Below are positions 48,971-61,444 of a stretch of 64,000 nt of DNA, piece by piece. The DNA lies in NCBI GenBank assembly GCA_976551045.1, contig CDPCPM010000104.1, positions 1,488,001 through 1,552,000 on the forward strand. Reading direction: 5' to 3'. The position numbers and the translations under genes were made by a program. How positions within the stretch are numbered: position 1 is the first letter of the stretch; every line of letters starts with the position of its first letter. The notes under the pieces are model-generated. The model did no database searches and was not told where the DNA came from. It worked only from the letters and a program-made list of their open reading frames with translations. This stretch comes from Glaucostegus cemiculus (Eukaryota).

Positions 48971-50661
48971 GGGCCCAGCTACACTGTTTCTAGGCTTTGT
49001 TTGTCCTCAGTGGACATTGCAATGGTTGTTCTGTACTACTGATATCCTTCTACCCCATCACCCCAGTAGCGTACCACATGCCAGAACAAGAGGACTGAGA
49101 TTGGCATTGAACAAAATAATCCAGTAAATCTCTCCTACACCATCCTTAAATCTCGACATTTTCCTAAAGTCCAGTCATAATACTCCATCTGAGACCTAGT
49201 CAGTGTTTCGGAAGTGTTTAGCTGCTCTCGTGATTTGTGCCACTATTAAAAAAGGCAAAAATTCCAGCAAAAGCTGTTTAAAAATTTTGAGGCTGTGCGC
49301 ACATTCACCAGCCTCCCACTGTCCCCCACGTCTCCCTGCTCCTACACCCACTTTATCGTCACAATAGTGGGACAAAGATAAGGATGGAAAGCAGATCAGG
49401 GGAGGCAGAGACATAATGTGGACAATGAAGCACTCACAAGGGGCTGGCACATCAGTTTACTTCTAAGGCAATTAGGGTCTCTATAGCCCTTTCACTTGAT
49501 GGTTGCTTTTCATGATCTGCCTCTGCTCTCCTATGAGTCTGTTGCTGGTTTCCCTCTGTGGAAATCTTTAGTTCATAGGAAAGCAGGAATATCAGCTGCA
49601 GCTTCTTTTTGCTTCCTTGACTATGTGCATAAAATTCATTCATCATCAACGGCAAGTTACAAATTCAACGGAGCAAAATCTGAGTGCTTTTAACATTCTC
49701 ACGTATCGAGTAGCTGGCAGGAGCCCAGATTCACATTATCACAAAGTATTTAATAGAATTGTTTCGGTCTTTAATGGTCTCATCAACAGAAATAGGTAGA
49801 TGCAGGAGAAAGGAAGAGACTGAATAGAGGCAGCATTGTAGCAGATTTGTCACTGTCTTATCAGTGCTATTAGATTGCCGAAACATGCAGAGAAAAATCG
49901 ATCGAGAGTTTATAGCACATCAATATGTTTTTTGTCTTTAACGTTGACAATTGAATTAATTTGCCATTGTTCAAAGTATCTTAATGTATCGATTTTGCTA
50001 GGGGCTCGGTGTAATTCATTTTAACGTTTCCCTCACAAGGCCCACCAAGACCCAGCAGGGTGCAACCTGCACTCAGTGTGTTTAATTTACAGATTTAGCT
50101 CATTTACCACCATCCTCACTGCTCATTCACAGGCCAATTCACAGCAAAGAGTGGCAACAATCATCAGGCAAGTGTGTGTGAGGAGAGAGAAGAATTGCCG
50201 GCAATGGGAACATATAAGCCTGATCCAGATGTGTGGCAATGGCACCCATATAGGATTGGGGACACTGCACTGGAGTACAAGAAATCAGCTATTTTTGCAT
50301 CTTTGTAAATGGTGCAAAAGGGACAGAGAAATCGGACCATCAGAAATGAATTACAAGATTTGATGGTGGATGTTCTGTTTTGGCCAGTCCTTCACCCTAC
50401 TCACTAGTTCCAGATTTAACCAGCACCGAAAAACTTGTAGTAAACAGACAAAGTGTCATTTTAAATGTAGAGATAAAACCAAAGAAGCTATCTCCAGGAA
50501 GAAAAGGAAATTAGAAGGCGCACAAGTCCAGTAAATGGCGAGGAACTTGGAAAAAGACCACCTTCACCAAAATAATGGGCTTTTTATCTTGATGAGGATT
50601 TTAAGAAACCGCCCCTCTTCTCGCATTGCCTGAGCGAGTGATGACAAGGCAATCAAATATT

Positions 50662-50990
50662 TAGAGTTGTAGAATCATACAACACAGAAGAAGGCCCTTT
50701 GGCTCAACTTGTCCATGCTGACTGCGATACCAATTTATGCTAATCCCCTTAGTCAGCATTCGGCCCATTTCCCTCCGCTCCTTTCCTATCATATGTCCAA
50801 ACGCCTTTTAAACACTGTAATTGTATCTGCCTCTACCACCTTCTCTGGCAGCTCATTCCATCTTCTGTGTAGAATATGTTGCTCCCCAGATCTCCTTTTA
50901 AATTTCTCACCTCTTCCCTTAAACCTATGCCCTCTAATTTTTGACTCCCACATCCCAGGAAAAAGACTCTATCCATCCTCTACCCTGTCT
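50662..50990 (-). mobile_element. CR1/HER1 3' fragment
   Basis: TAGAATCATACAACACAGAAGAAGGCCCTTTGGCTCAAC…CTCTACCACCTTCTCTGGCAGCTCATTCCA; inverted relative of 15408-15730. Confidence 0.85.
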
Positions 50991-51004
50991 ATAATATTCA
51001 TATT

Positions 51005-51345
51005 TTCTTACAACATACAAGACCATTTGATACATCAAGTCTATCCCAGCTCTCAAAGCAATCCCATTATTCCCCCACTTACTTCCCTGCAACCTATTCT
51101 CTCACATGCTCATCAACCTCCCCATGATGCTCCAGCCACCCACCTGCACGAAGAGTTAAAGGCCATTTAACCTAACAGCGCGTCTTTGGGATGTGGGAGG
51201 AGACTTAAACACCCAGAGAAAACCTATGCAGTCAGAGAAAGAATGTGCAGAAACTCCTCACAGACAGCACCTGAGATCAGGAATGAACCTGGGTCGCTGG
51301 AACTGTGCAGCTGCAGCTGCAAATGTCGCAGCACAGACCACACAC
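51005..51345 (-). mobile_element. HE1-type V-SINE
   Basis: GTCTTTGGGATGTGGGAGGAGACTTAAACACCCAGAGAAAACC…GAACCTGGGTCGCTGGAACTGTG is the inverted V-core and tRNA-like head. Confidence 0.8.
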
Positions 51346-52129
51346 AGCACTTGAATGGAATCAGGTTCAATGAAAACTGCATGGTGCGTAGCTCACACAA
51401 ACACTATTAGACAATATTTGTTTTGCCCATGAACATATTAAAAATGTTCCCCTCTTCTATATTATAATATGTCATCAGGAAAAGAGCTTTCAATCAGGCC
51501 TGCCTTTTCAAGAAGGACAGGGAAAAGGGTGAGATGAAGATTGGGAGCAATTGAAAAAAAGAGGCTGGTGAGAAACCAGAGAGAATCAGGGAGAAATAAA
51601 CATGAAACAAGGAATGAAGGACAGAATTGTGAACGATATCTATGATTTTCATTGTCTGTGTTGGATGTTCACAGCTTTTCTCCAATATTCTTTTCAATAT
51701 ATTATATTACCTTAATTTCTCAATATAATACAAGCATTACAAAGGAGTGATTTTAATTTCCATTGGTTTAAGCACTGATGGATGGGTATTGAAGTGTTGG
51801 TTCCCTCTATCATAAGCTTGGACTACTTTACCTCTCATTAAAATATGGAGATAAAATATTATTTATAGTGGCTGATGTCCTGGCTGATGCAGTGAGTCCT
51901 GTGGGTAAACTTGATAAGATGTCTTGCAAGACATTAATGTAATAACACTGTCCTTTTAATGATGAAATTGTAACCATTTTCACAAGATCAAGAGGCAAAA
52001 TGGCCTGGCAGAAGAGATTAAATTATGTGTTTAAAGTGATATTTGCAAAAAAAATGTTCCTTTCTCCTTCCAGTGGACTCCAGCTGATTCCTGAAACAGT
52101 TCTCTCCTTTTCTCTCTGTGGAGATGTTG

Positions 52130-53010
52130 TTGCTCTGTTGGAGGCACCTGCACTTTCAGAGGGAAGCAAAAGACCCCACAACATTTGACTTAACCTGACG
52201 TCCAATGCCCAGGCCAAGGTTTGTCCAAGGTCACTAAAACAAGATTATCACGTTGTCAAATTGCTGTTTGTGGGATCAAGTTGTGTGCAAATTGGCTGCC
52301 ATGTTTCCTACTTTGCAGCTGAGATTATACTAAATTAGGTTGGCTCGGGATGATTTGGGATGTCCTGGGCTTCCGAGAGGACTGGGTTTCAAGAGGACAT
52401 AAGAGCAAGGATGTACAGCTGAGCCTTTATAAGGCATTGGTCTGACTGCATTGGAATATTGTGAGCCATTGTGGACCCTGTACCTCAAGAGGGATGTGCT
52501 GGCCATGGAGAGGGTCGCAAGGAGGTTCACAAGAATGTTCCCACGAATGAAAGGCTTAACGTATGTGGAGCTTTTGATTTCATAAGGCTGTACTCGATGA
52601 AGATCAGGATGAGGGGGGATGTCATTGAAACCTAACGGGTACTGAAAGGCCTGGATGTGGAGAGGATGTTTCCATTAGAAGGAGAGTCTAGGATCCGAGG
52701 GCACAGTCTCAGAATAAAATTACATTCCTTTAAAACTGAGAGGAGGAGGAATTTCTTCAGGCAGAGGCTATTGAAACTGTGGAATTCATTGCTACAGAGT
52801 GCTGTGGAGGCCAAGTCACTGGGTGTATTTAAGGCAGAGATTGATAGGTTCTTTTCATTGGTTATGGGGTTAAGATTTACAGGGAGAAGGCTGGAAAATG
52901 AGGTTGAAAAAAATCAGCCACGATTAAATGGTGAAGACTTGATGGGCTGAGTGGCCTAATTCTACTCCTATATCTTACGGGCTTATGAAAGACATTGTAC
53001 AAAAACAAAG
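52130..53010 (+). mobile_element. DeuSINE split by a CR1 insertion
   Basis: TTGCTGTTTGTGGGATCAAGTTGTGTGCAAATTGGCTGCCATGTTTCCTAC…TTTGGGATGTCCTGGG; the tail resumes as TGAAAGACATTGTACAAAAACAAAGT at about 52985. Confidence 0.75.
52371..52985 (+). mobile_element. CR1 LINE 3' fragment
   Basis: LYKALV*LHLEYC-like region; ORF ERMFPLEGESRIRGHSLRIK…LWNSLLQSAVEAKSLGVFKAEIDRF; CR1 3' UTR. Confidence 0.92.
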
Positions 53011-53079
53011 TATCCACAGATGCCGACTTCTCTGTGAGGTTGGCAGCGTGAGCAGGATCAGCAATCCTGGATCAGTATA

Positions 53080-53900
53080 CAGACAGTAGGCTGCAAAGGG
53101 ATATAGGTAGGTTAATTGGCAGGCAAAGACTAGAAGGTAATGTAATATGGGAAAATATCTAATTGTTCATTTTGGCAGGAAAAATGTTTAAAATGAGCAT
53201 ATTACCTAGAAGCGAGAGATTCACAGAATTCTGAGATACAACAGGATCTGGGTGTCTGATTCAAAAAAGAGGTATATGTAAAGTTTACATCTTGTCATCA
53301 TTTATTGTGAGGGGAACTGAGTACAAAAGCAAGGAAGTTATGCTTTGGTTATTTAGGACATGAAAAAAAAGTCCACATCATGAGAACTGCAGACAATATT
53401 GTTTTCCTTAATTAAGGAAAGATATTAATGCATTGGCAGCATTTCATAGAAGCTTTACAAGACTTTCAGCTGGAATGGGTGGGTTGGAGAGGCTTAGCTA
53501 GCTTCCGCTGGTGCTGAGAAAAGTGAGAGCGGACTTGACTAAAACACAAGACGCTGTGAGGTGTTGACAGGTGGTTGTGCAGAGGATGTTTCCTCCTGTG
53601 GGAGAATCTGGAAACGGGATCACAATTTAAAAATGAGGTTCACTTATGTAAGACGGAGCTGAGGCAAAATGTTTCTTCTGAGGATCTGTGTCTTTGGAAC
53701 TCTCTTCCTCAAAAAGTAGTAGAAGCAAACTCTTTGAATATTTTTAAGACAGGGTTGATTGATAAGCAAAGGAGTGTAATGCTACTGTAGGTAGGTGGGA
53801 ATGTAAAACTGAGGCTACAATTTGATCATATGATATTAACTGGCAGAGCATGCTCATGGTGCTGGGTGGCTCTCTCTTGCTCCTAATTCATATATTTGTA
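53080..53900 (+). mobile_element. Old CR1 LINE 3' portion
   Basis: GGCTGCAAAGGGATATAGGTAGGTTAA (LQRDI.RL), CLWNSLPQKVVEANSLNIFK, 3' UTR TCTTGCTCCTAATTCATAT. Confidence 0.85.
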
Positions 53901-53949
53901 TCCTTGGCTGAGATTGTAGACTCAACAAAGCCCAACAACTGGAGACGTG

Positions 53950-54170
53950 ATAAAGACTGCAGATGCTCGAAGTCTGAAGCAACACACAAAGCACTGGAGG
54001 AACTCAGCAGCTCAGGCAGCATCTATGGAGGGAAATGGACTGTCAATGTTTCGGATCGAGACCCTCCATCAGGATTGGAAAGAGGGGAGAAGCCAATATA
54101 AAAGGGTGAGGGGCAAGAGCTGGTGGGTGATAGGTGAATCCAGGTGAGAGGGGGAAGATGGGCAGGTATC
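53950..54170 (-). mobile_element. Penelope-like fragment with near-intact minimal hammerhead
   Basis: GACTGCAGATGCTCGAAGTCTGAAGCAACAC…GGAGGAACTCAGCAGCTCAGGCAGCATC; minus strand CTGATGG-A-GGGTC-TC-GATCC-GAAAC-ATT. Confidence 0.8.
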
Positions 54171-57139
54171 ACTGAGATTCATCCTCCATTTGAAACAGAC
54201 ATGTCAGCTTCCATATTACTATTATCATCTATTTTAGTTATTCTCTTGTGCCATTGCTCAGAAATAAAGTTTTGATTTAAACCACTGAAATTGGTGTCAT
54301 CTGGGGTTATGTTGAATGTGAGCTTCTCAATCCCTGCCAGAGAGTGTTTCACCAAACAAGAACCTAAAGCTTATGGTAGGTCATGAGGATCTGCTACAAT
54401 TTCAGGCAAACAATAAAGGCCAAACACCTGATAAACTACTGATGTAAAAAAAATATTCTGAATGTGTGCATCTTGAGAGACATTGCACAGATTCCCCTGT
54501 GAGTACATGTCTGTGGTTGCTTCTGCCATCGACACAGCCAGTTCAGATGACTTTTGTTCAGTTTTGCCAGAAAAACAGCTGAAAGCCTAGGACCCATGTC
54601 GTTTCTAGATTAGCAATAATGCCAACTGGCAACCATGCCTCTCCAGTTTGTCTGGTGTAATATTAGGCTCCACAGTGCACACAAGTTTGCAGTGTGTCAG
54701 AGTAAGCGTATTTTCAAAAAGATTAGAGCTCCAGCATTTTCAGGGTTAAGATCCTCATTTTGGTTGGACGGTGTGAAGGAACAAACACCAGTTATGTTAT
54801 AATGACTGGCAGTTACATCTCTGAAGCATACAAACCCAGAATAATTTAGAGAACATGACTGGTTTCAAACACGACCATTTCTTCCTTCAAAACAGAAGCT
54901 GGGATGACTGTTAGTGCGACTAAAATTTCTTTTACCTGAAGGCCTTTAGGCTTTTTGTAAAATCTTGATTTTCTTGCATGCTCTTGCTGCCCTGAGTTAT
55001 GGTAAACATATTCACATTTCCAAAGTTAAAAAAATATTTTCAGGACCAACTAAAGGCAGGATAATTGTATATCACCAGCTTTAAAAAATAGCATTAGGAG
55101 TATTTTTATGTTCATTGTTAGCAATGAGTTGATAGAAATCGTAAAAAAAAATCCCCGCTCTATAATTCAGCATGATTCATGGGCCATCTGGTTAAATAAT
55201 TAGGTTATCCTAAGTGTTGCCCTCCTATCCTCTTCCTCCAAGTAAATGACAGTAAATCTTCACAGCTCTTGTCCACAATTTACACTAAATGTTCAATCTC
55301 AACACATAGGCTCCAGTTTCTATGGGCTGCCCGATGTTGGAAAGTATCATATTTCTCTCCTCCGCTTGATCCTTCCAACATCTCTTTCATGCTTGGTTGC
55401 TTTTACAAGGCATAGTTTTGCTGTGGCAACAGAGATTACAGAGAATCAAACAGGTAAAGGCCCCAGGCAATGTGGAAACAGAGTAGGTCTAAATTGGAGG
55501 CACAGGGTTGTGGTTTTATCCCCATTCGCATCCTGAACCTCCAACCACAACAGTTGCACAAATTGCCTTGTAGTCTATTGCTCTGACAGACACTGCTATC
55601 CTGAGGCCATATGTGATACACACCAAAATAACGTATTATACATTGAACGATATTAACCTCAGTAATTAAACTGTAAACATGATTGATAACCTTGTTCTCA
55701 TTCCAAATTTTCAAGATATTTATTTTATAATAAAGCAGATGGAAAGAATTTCCCATGAAAGGTTTGCTTTTAAAATAAAGAAATAATTCAACACTCTATT
55801 CTCTTTTTGTTAATACAGACAGTACCTATGTACTCTTTTAGGTACTTTTCTATCCCTTAGCATTGTCTTGATTCTAACACACTACTGGCTGTATATTTTT
55901 GGGGCCATTTTCTTTATTATTCTCTTTATATTTAAAATTGGTTTCTAGTTGAGAGGGTAGGTAAAGTACAAGTCATTCTGACTGACAACCACTCTCTGAT
56001 ATAGACAAAGCACAATTATCGGGAGGTGTTGATTAATCCATTGATTTCTCCACTCCAAAACCAAGAAACACTTCTGCTTTACTATTTTCCCAGTTTCAAT
56101 TCAGTCTGGAAGGACATCTTGGGGAGAAAATTGGAGACCAGAGCACAAGGTCTACTATTACAAGATGGGATATGCAACTCCTGTATTTGCCACAAGCCTC
56201 TTTTCACATTGTACCTTATGTGACTGAAAATGGACTTACCATCGAGTCAACCACAAAACCAAACATTTCCATGACATTTAATATCCCTCTGGAAATTCAT
56301 CAGAAGTATTTCTGATGATTTCTCCATGTGACACATCAATTAATGCTGTCCTCATGAGGCATGGTAGGAAAATTAGACTATGTTATTCAGGAAGTGCTTA
56401 TTGTTGAGGGTTCCTTGGACAGATCCGTCTTTGCAGTGTAACACAAGGATAGGAAGCCAATAATGCAAATTTTATCTTTCACGCCCCAGAACCCCAGCCA
56501 CTAATCACCCACCCATCGCCTTCCTCCAAGTGGCCCTAGGCCTTTACCATGCCACACCTACTGATTTCCTCCCCAATCATTTGTTTGGCTGAAGCTCTGA
56601 CCCCCAACCCTACCCAATGACTGATGTTTGAACCAGCGGGCCCATAACCAAAACAGCTATTGATGTCCATTACTACAGTGGGCTATCACAGGTACACTAT
56701 AAATTATGGGCAATGGCTCGCCAGGTTTAAATGACGAAAAATTCATGTTGTGAAGGCCTGGAAAGAATGAATGCAGATGCAGAGGTAAGGGGCAGGAATG
56801 GAGAACTGCCCATTGCTCAGCTTGCTGGCATGATCAATACTGCAACCAAACTTATTGAATGGACACAAGGCAAAGGAATGGATAACTGCCCATCCTTCAC
56901 CTTGTTTGCAGGATCAATGTGCTACAAAAATTAATGAGCAGAAGATGTAGGAAAGTTGCCTAAAGCTTTGATCATGTAGCTCCAGTTTTTCAAAGATTTC
57001 CCCAAAAGGCTTTTGGGAAGAGATAGAGATAGAGACAGAGTGTGGGGCTTGCATTTAATTATCACCTTTCAAGTTCTCTGGGGGCCTTGTGGCATCTTAC
57101 AGCAGCTGAATATTGCACTAAGTGAGAAACTAAAATATC

Positions 57140-57365
57140 CGCCAGCTCTCTCTGATGGGTGTAAAATAGCTCACAGTGCCGTATGAAGAAGAAAAGACAT
57201 ATTGCCATGTCAATATTTATCCCACCACCAATCTTACATAAATCAGATGATCTTGTCATTCCTATAAGGGAACATTGCTATGCACAGAGTGATTACGATT
57301 CAAAAAGACTTCATTAACTATAAAATGCTTTAGGATGTCCCAAGGACATGAGATCATGAAAGACA
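57140..57365 (+). mobile_element. DeuSINE 3' half, interrupted at its tail by a Rex/Babar LINE
   Basis: GAAGAAGAAAAG…CAATATTTATCCCACCACCAATC…TTCAAAAAGACTTCATTAACTATAAAATGCTTTAGGATGTCC. Confidence 0.75.
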
Positions 57366-57840
57366 TCAGAATCAGAATCAGAATCAGAATCAGTTTTATT
57401 GTCACAACCATATACATACATAGTATGCATAGGAGCGAGATACCGTCCTCCTCAGGTGCTTGTCCCATAAAATAACATAAAAACCAACAGAGACACACAT
57501 ACACACTTGACAGAATAAACATTACAAAACATTAAACATTAAAAGCTACAGAAGTTAAAATTAAATTAGTACGCAGATTAAATTAAAAATGGCCGGTAAA
57601 TAAATAAATAGTTATTAAAGTGAACGGGCTGGTGTCGGGCATTTAAAGTGCTGGTGCATTTCTGTGCACCTAGCATCTCTTAGTGTTAACAAAGGAAGAT
57701 GGAGGGATGAGAGAGTTTGCAGTTCTGATGGCTTGCGGAAAGAAGCTATTGTTCAGCCTGGTCGTTCTTGCCCTGATACATTTAAGCCTCCTCCCTGATG
57801 GCAAAATTGTGAAGAGGTGGTGGGAGGGGTGAGAAGGGAC
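57366..57840 (-). mobile_element. Rex1/Babar-type LINE 3' fragment with (GATTCT)n tail
   Basis: Minus translation PSHPSHHLFTILPSGRRLKCIRARTTRLNNSFFPQAIR; (ATCAGA)4 on the + strand; GACAT on both flanks as candidate TSD. Confidence 0.9.
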
Positions 57841-57924
57841 ATTATAGTTGACTTGAATTTAGCATGGCTCCACCAGTATAAAATTAGATGGATCAGTTAG
57901 CTTTCATTGGCTGGTTATGAGCCC

Positions 57925-58155
57925 AGCATTATTCTTCAACTCTTTTTCAAATAGTTCAGTGGAATCTTTGACATCTACATGAGGAAAAAAACAGTCCTGC
58001 AGCTTAGTCCATTAGCTAAAATCAGGAACCCCTGGCAATGTGTCACCCCCTTCAGTACCACACAGAATGTCAGTTTGGATTAAGCACTCGAGTGTTTGGA
58101 GTGAGCTTGAACCCACGATCTTTTGATTCAAAGCCAAGAGTGCCAGTTGACTCAA
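57925..58155 (-). mobile_element. DeuSINE 5' half
   Basis: TTTTCAAATAGTTCAGTGGAATCTTTGACATCTAC…CCTTCAGTACCACACAGAATGTCAG…CTTGAACCCACGATC (B-box GGTTCAAG on the minus strand). Confidence 0.7.
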
Positions 58156-59379
58156 ATGAAATTGAAGAGGAGAAGGGCGAAGAGTGATGAAGTGTCCTTG
58201 TGAAATTATAGACATGAGTTGCACAGCAGCTTTTATCTTAAACCTTTGGGATACTTATCATTAGTTGACAAACAAATGGCATTGTCACAATGGAGTATTC
58301 AAGGTAAGTCTGGTTTCTAAGGATGTTTTTAAGAACAGTCTCTAATTGTTTTCTTCATTGCAATCGGCCTCATTGACAACTTGTTCAGGCAATCCTGGCG
58401 TGAATAGCATGAGTGTTATAAGGCTGGTTTGTTTTTTTATGTACTAATTAATCAATGCTGACACTGAGCCACATCCTGCCTCCTCCTTCATTAGTTTAAT
58501 TACCTATTTATATGGATGAGGCTCTTTGCTCCATGCATCTCATTATTGTATTAACATGCTTGCATAACAAACAGTTTTGCTATTGTTAATGTTGCACCGG
58601 GCACTTGTATTCAGAAGATTGGGGCGTATGACAGTTTCAGTTATAATCAGTTTGAATTACCTTATTTATTCTGCTACTTTTACAGTATACGTATTTTATT
58701 TATCAGAGCCCCAGCAGTTAAACATCATTCCCTAGTTAATGCAAAATTCTGTCTCATGCTCCTTTGCGTATTATATTAGGCTAAGAGATCTGAGAAATGC
58801 ATCAGGATTATTTTATAACATGGTGTTACTTAAGGTTCATTCAGACTTTCACATCAGCATATGCTACTGCTTAGATACAAGGTTTCCAGCATAAATGTGA
58901 AAAATGCACCACATTAAGGTATAAGTATAGAATTACACTTTAGGGAAGTGTTTCATCCAGATATCAATCTGGGGGCAGATTATGACCTCTGTTTTTTTAG
59001 GAAACGATTCATACAATAAACCATCACCACCCCTTCTAAAATCGTCCCCCCACCACATATCACCATAGGACAGTTTTCTTCAATTTTGTTTTTGTTTTCC
59101 TACCCTGTTTGCTCCGCTGTACAAGAAAGTCCAAAAGGTATAGCTTATACCAGAATCCCTTCCTGTAGAGATGTTCCCTACCAACCTTTGGTAAAATGCA
59201 GATCAGCCTCCAACTGGAGACACTCCATAGGATCCAGCCTGTGCTGGAACCTCTCTCCCTGTGTTGTCTTTGAAAATCTCCGTTGATCCTTGTTGTGTTA
59301 CATCCTTCCACCCCCTTGTCGGGTTTTGTCTGTGTCACTGATTTCTCCAGAATGAAGATGCCAATCAGTTCATATTTAC

Positions 59380-59562
59380 ATGGTTCTTCCCCCCGCATTT
59401 AGATTTCTGAACAATCCATGAACCCATGACCACTACCTCATTACTCATTTTTTTGCACTATTTACTTTTTGTAATTTATAGATTTTTATGTCTTTGCACT
59501 GTATTGCTGCTGCAAAGCAACAGATTTCACATCATATGTCGGTGATAATAAATCTGATTCTG
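59380..59562 (+). mobile_element. Rex1/Babar-type LINE 3' end
   Basis: TTCTTCCCC…AGATTTCTGAAC (FFP…RFLN), 3' UTR TTGCACTGTATTGCTGCTGCAAAGCAACAGATTTCAC…AATAAATCTGATTCTG. Confidence 0.75.
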
Positions 59563-60789
59563 GTAGTTTTCCAGTGTTAAGCAATTTGGCCCTAACCTTG
59601 GATATCCTACATCAGTTTCCCATTTTAACGTTCTTCTGTTGTTGGTTTAAAGCTGGTAAACATTGTGATGATGGTTTGTGATCCCTATTTTGATTTTAAA
59701 AGACATGGTGCCTTCCAGAAGACACTCAAGAACCTTCAGTTACTTAGGCTATTCCTAGTGGAATGAGATCCTGATATTGGTCAAAGATAGAAGTGTAAAG
59801 CTAAGTTTCCACATGTGGTGAAATTCTGAAGAATCTGATACCCAAGCAAGATGATTCAATTACTAAACTGCAGCATGTCTAATAAATCAGAAAATATGGC
59901 TTTGGAATGGAAAATGACAGGTGGGATTAAATCTCAGCCTTTCATTAAGTACATTCCTTCTGATCTGGGATATGACTTTCTTCCAGCCAACTATAATTTG
60001 GGCAATATTTAGTGATGGAGCAATGCAACAAAAGTAACAGAAACTCTTGCTGCTGCATTTAACCTACAAAACATGACACAGCCCCTATTGTGATTTCTCA
60101 GAACTTGGAATGTGGAAGAATAAACAGTATGACTACACAGTATTTTATTGAAGTACCAGGAAAGCAGTAGCAACAGACAATGCAACAGCTTTTAATGTTT
60201 TTACAGAAATTTGAACTCATTTTCCCTCTTACTGGACAAAAATAACAAAGGACTTTCCTATCCAAATAGTATGAAAGCTGGACTGACGATTATACCACAG
60301 ACTATACACGTAGGGTCTCACACTCTTACCATAGATAAAGTGCACATAACAGTACATAGTTGGTCTAAGATCCCAGCTATGTTTGTGCTAATGAAAAGTG
60401 CCTGCAACAGATATGGCTTCAATTAGTCAATCCTATAAATGATCTGACTAATTTATCTTCATAGAAGTTGAATTTTATCTGTTTTATTATCTAGGAATAA
60501 TCCGATACTATTCCCTTGTGATTGGGAAAGGCCTATTATTTCAATATAACTGAAGGTGGAACTAATTAACATGAAGTAAAGCAAAGCTTAATACAAGTCA
60601 TTAGGCAGCTTTATTTCACAGTAGGGTAATCATACTCACCGACAGCTGGGATGATCTTCTCTTACTTCAGTTTATATAAATGCTGTAGTTTACAGATTCA
60701 GTATAGAGTACACTCTATTCTTCTCATATCAATAAATCACCTTACTTGACTTGTGGTCCTCATCTGGTTCTTCTACTCTCCTCACTCAG

Positions 60790-60831
60790 ACACACACAGC
60801 TTTCCCCTTAGCAAGATTTTACACCAAACAG
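60790..60831 (+). other. Candidate 42-nt exon
   Basis: Acceptor TTCTTCTACTCTCCTCACTCAG, consensus donor CAG|GTGAGT, length a multiple of 3, open in phases 0 and 1. Splice signals only. Confidence 0.35.
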
Positions 60832-60894
60832 GTGAGTCTTTATTTTGCCTCCTTCCTGCCCCCACAGGATATTGGGGGCACACCTCCTCTCCAG

Positions 60895-61020
60895 TGGACA
60901 GGCACATGGATAGGAAACATTCAGTGGGATACGGGACAAATGCGGACAAATGGGACTTGCTTAGATGGGCATCTTGGTCAGCAATGGACCGGTTGGGCCG
61001 AATGCTGTATGACTCTGTCG
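60895..61020 (+). mobile_element. CR1 3' terminal fragment
   Basis: GGACAGGCACATGGATAGG…GGCATCTTGGTCAGCAATGGACCGGTTGGGCCGAATGCTGTATGACTCT. Confidence 0.8.
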
Positions 61021-61179
61021 TTGGTCAGAAGAGTCACCAATCAAAGATGTTATTACTCTCTACCCTACCAACCACCACTCCCACCTCCAACCCACTTTGA
61101 ACCAAATTAAATAATACTCAAGAAGCAGAGACTTGATCTGCTTCCTATGGTGTGCATCTTTGTTGGGAGCTCCTGGTTT

Positions 61180-61444
61180 GGGCGGCACGATAGCGTAGCG
61201 ATTAGCGCGACGCTGTTACAGCGCCAGTGATCGGGGTTCGATTCCCGTCGCTGTCTGTAAGGAGCTTGTATGTTCTCCCGTGTCTGTGTGGGTTTCCTCC
61301 GGGTGCTCCGGTTTCCTCCCACATTCTGAAAGACATACGGGTAGGTTAATTTGGGGGTTTAAGATGGGCGGCACAGACTTGGAGGGCCGAAAGGGCCTGT
61401 TACCACGCTGTAAATAAATATATAAATAGATAGATAGATAATAA
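61180..61444 (+). mobile_element. Young full-length V-SINE, CR1-like-tail subfamily
   Basis: Intact A-box TAGCGTAGCGATT, B-box GGTTCGATTCC, V-core, many retained CpGs, tail GGGCCGAAAGGGCCTGTTACCACGCTGTAAATAAA plus (TAGA)n. Confidence 0.95.

Noticed and set aside
60634-60656. 13-nt minus-strand match (GCTGTCGGTGAGT) to the 3' half of mature miR-181a
   Set aside because: The seed region does not match and no precursor hairpin is evident.
61180-61255. tRNA-like A/B-box sequences here and at 11.9, 12.4, 21.7 and 40.0 kb
   Set aside because: They are SINE heads followed by a V-core and LINE-like tails, not tRNA genes.
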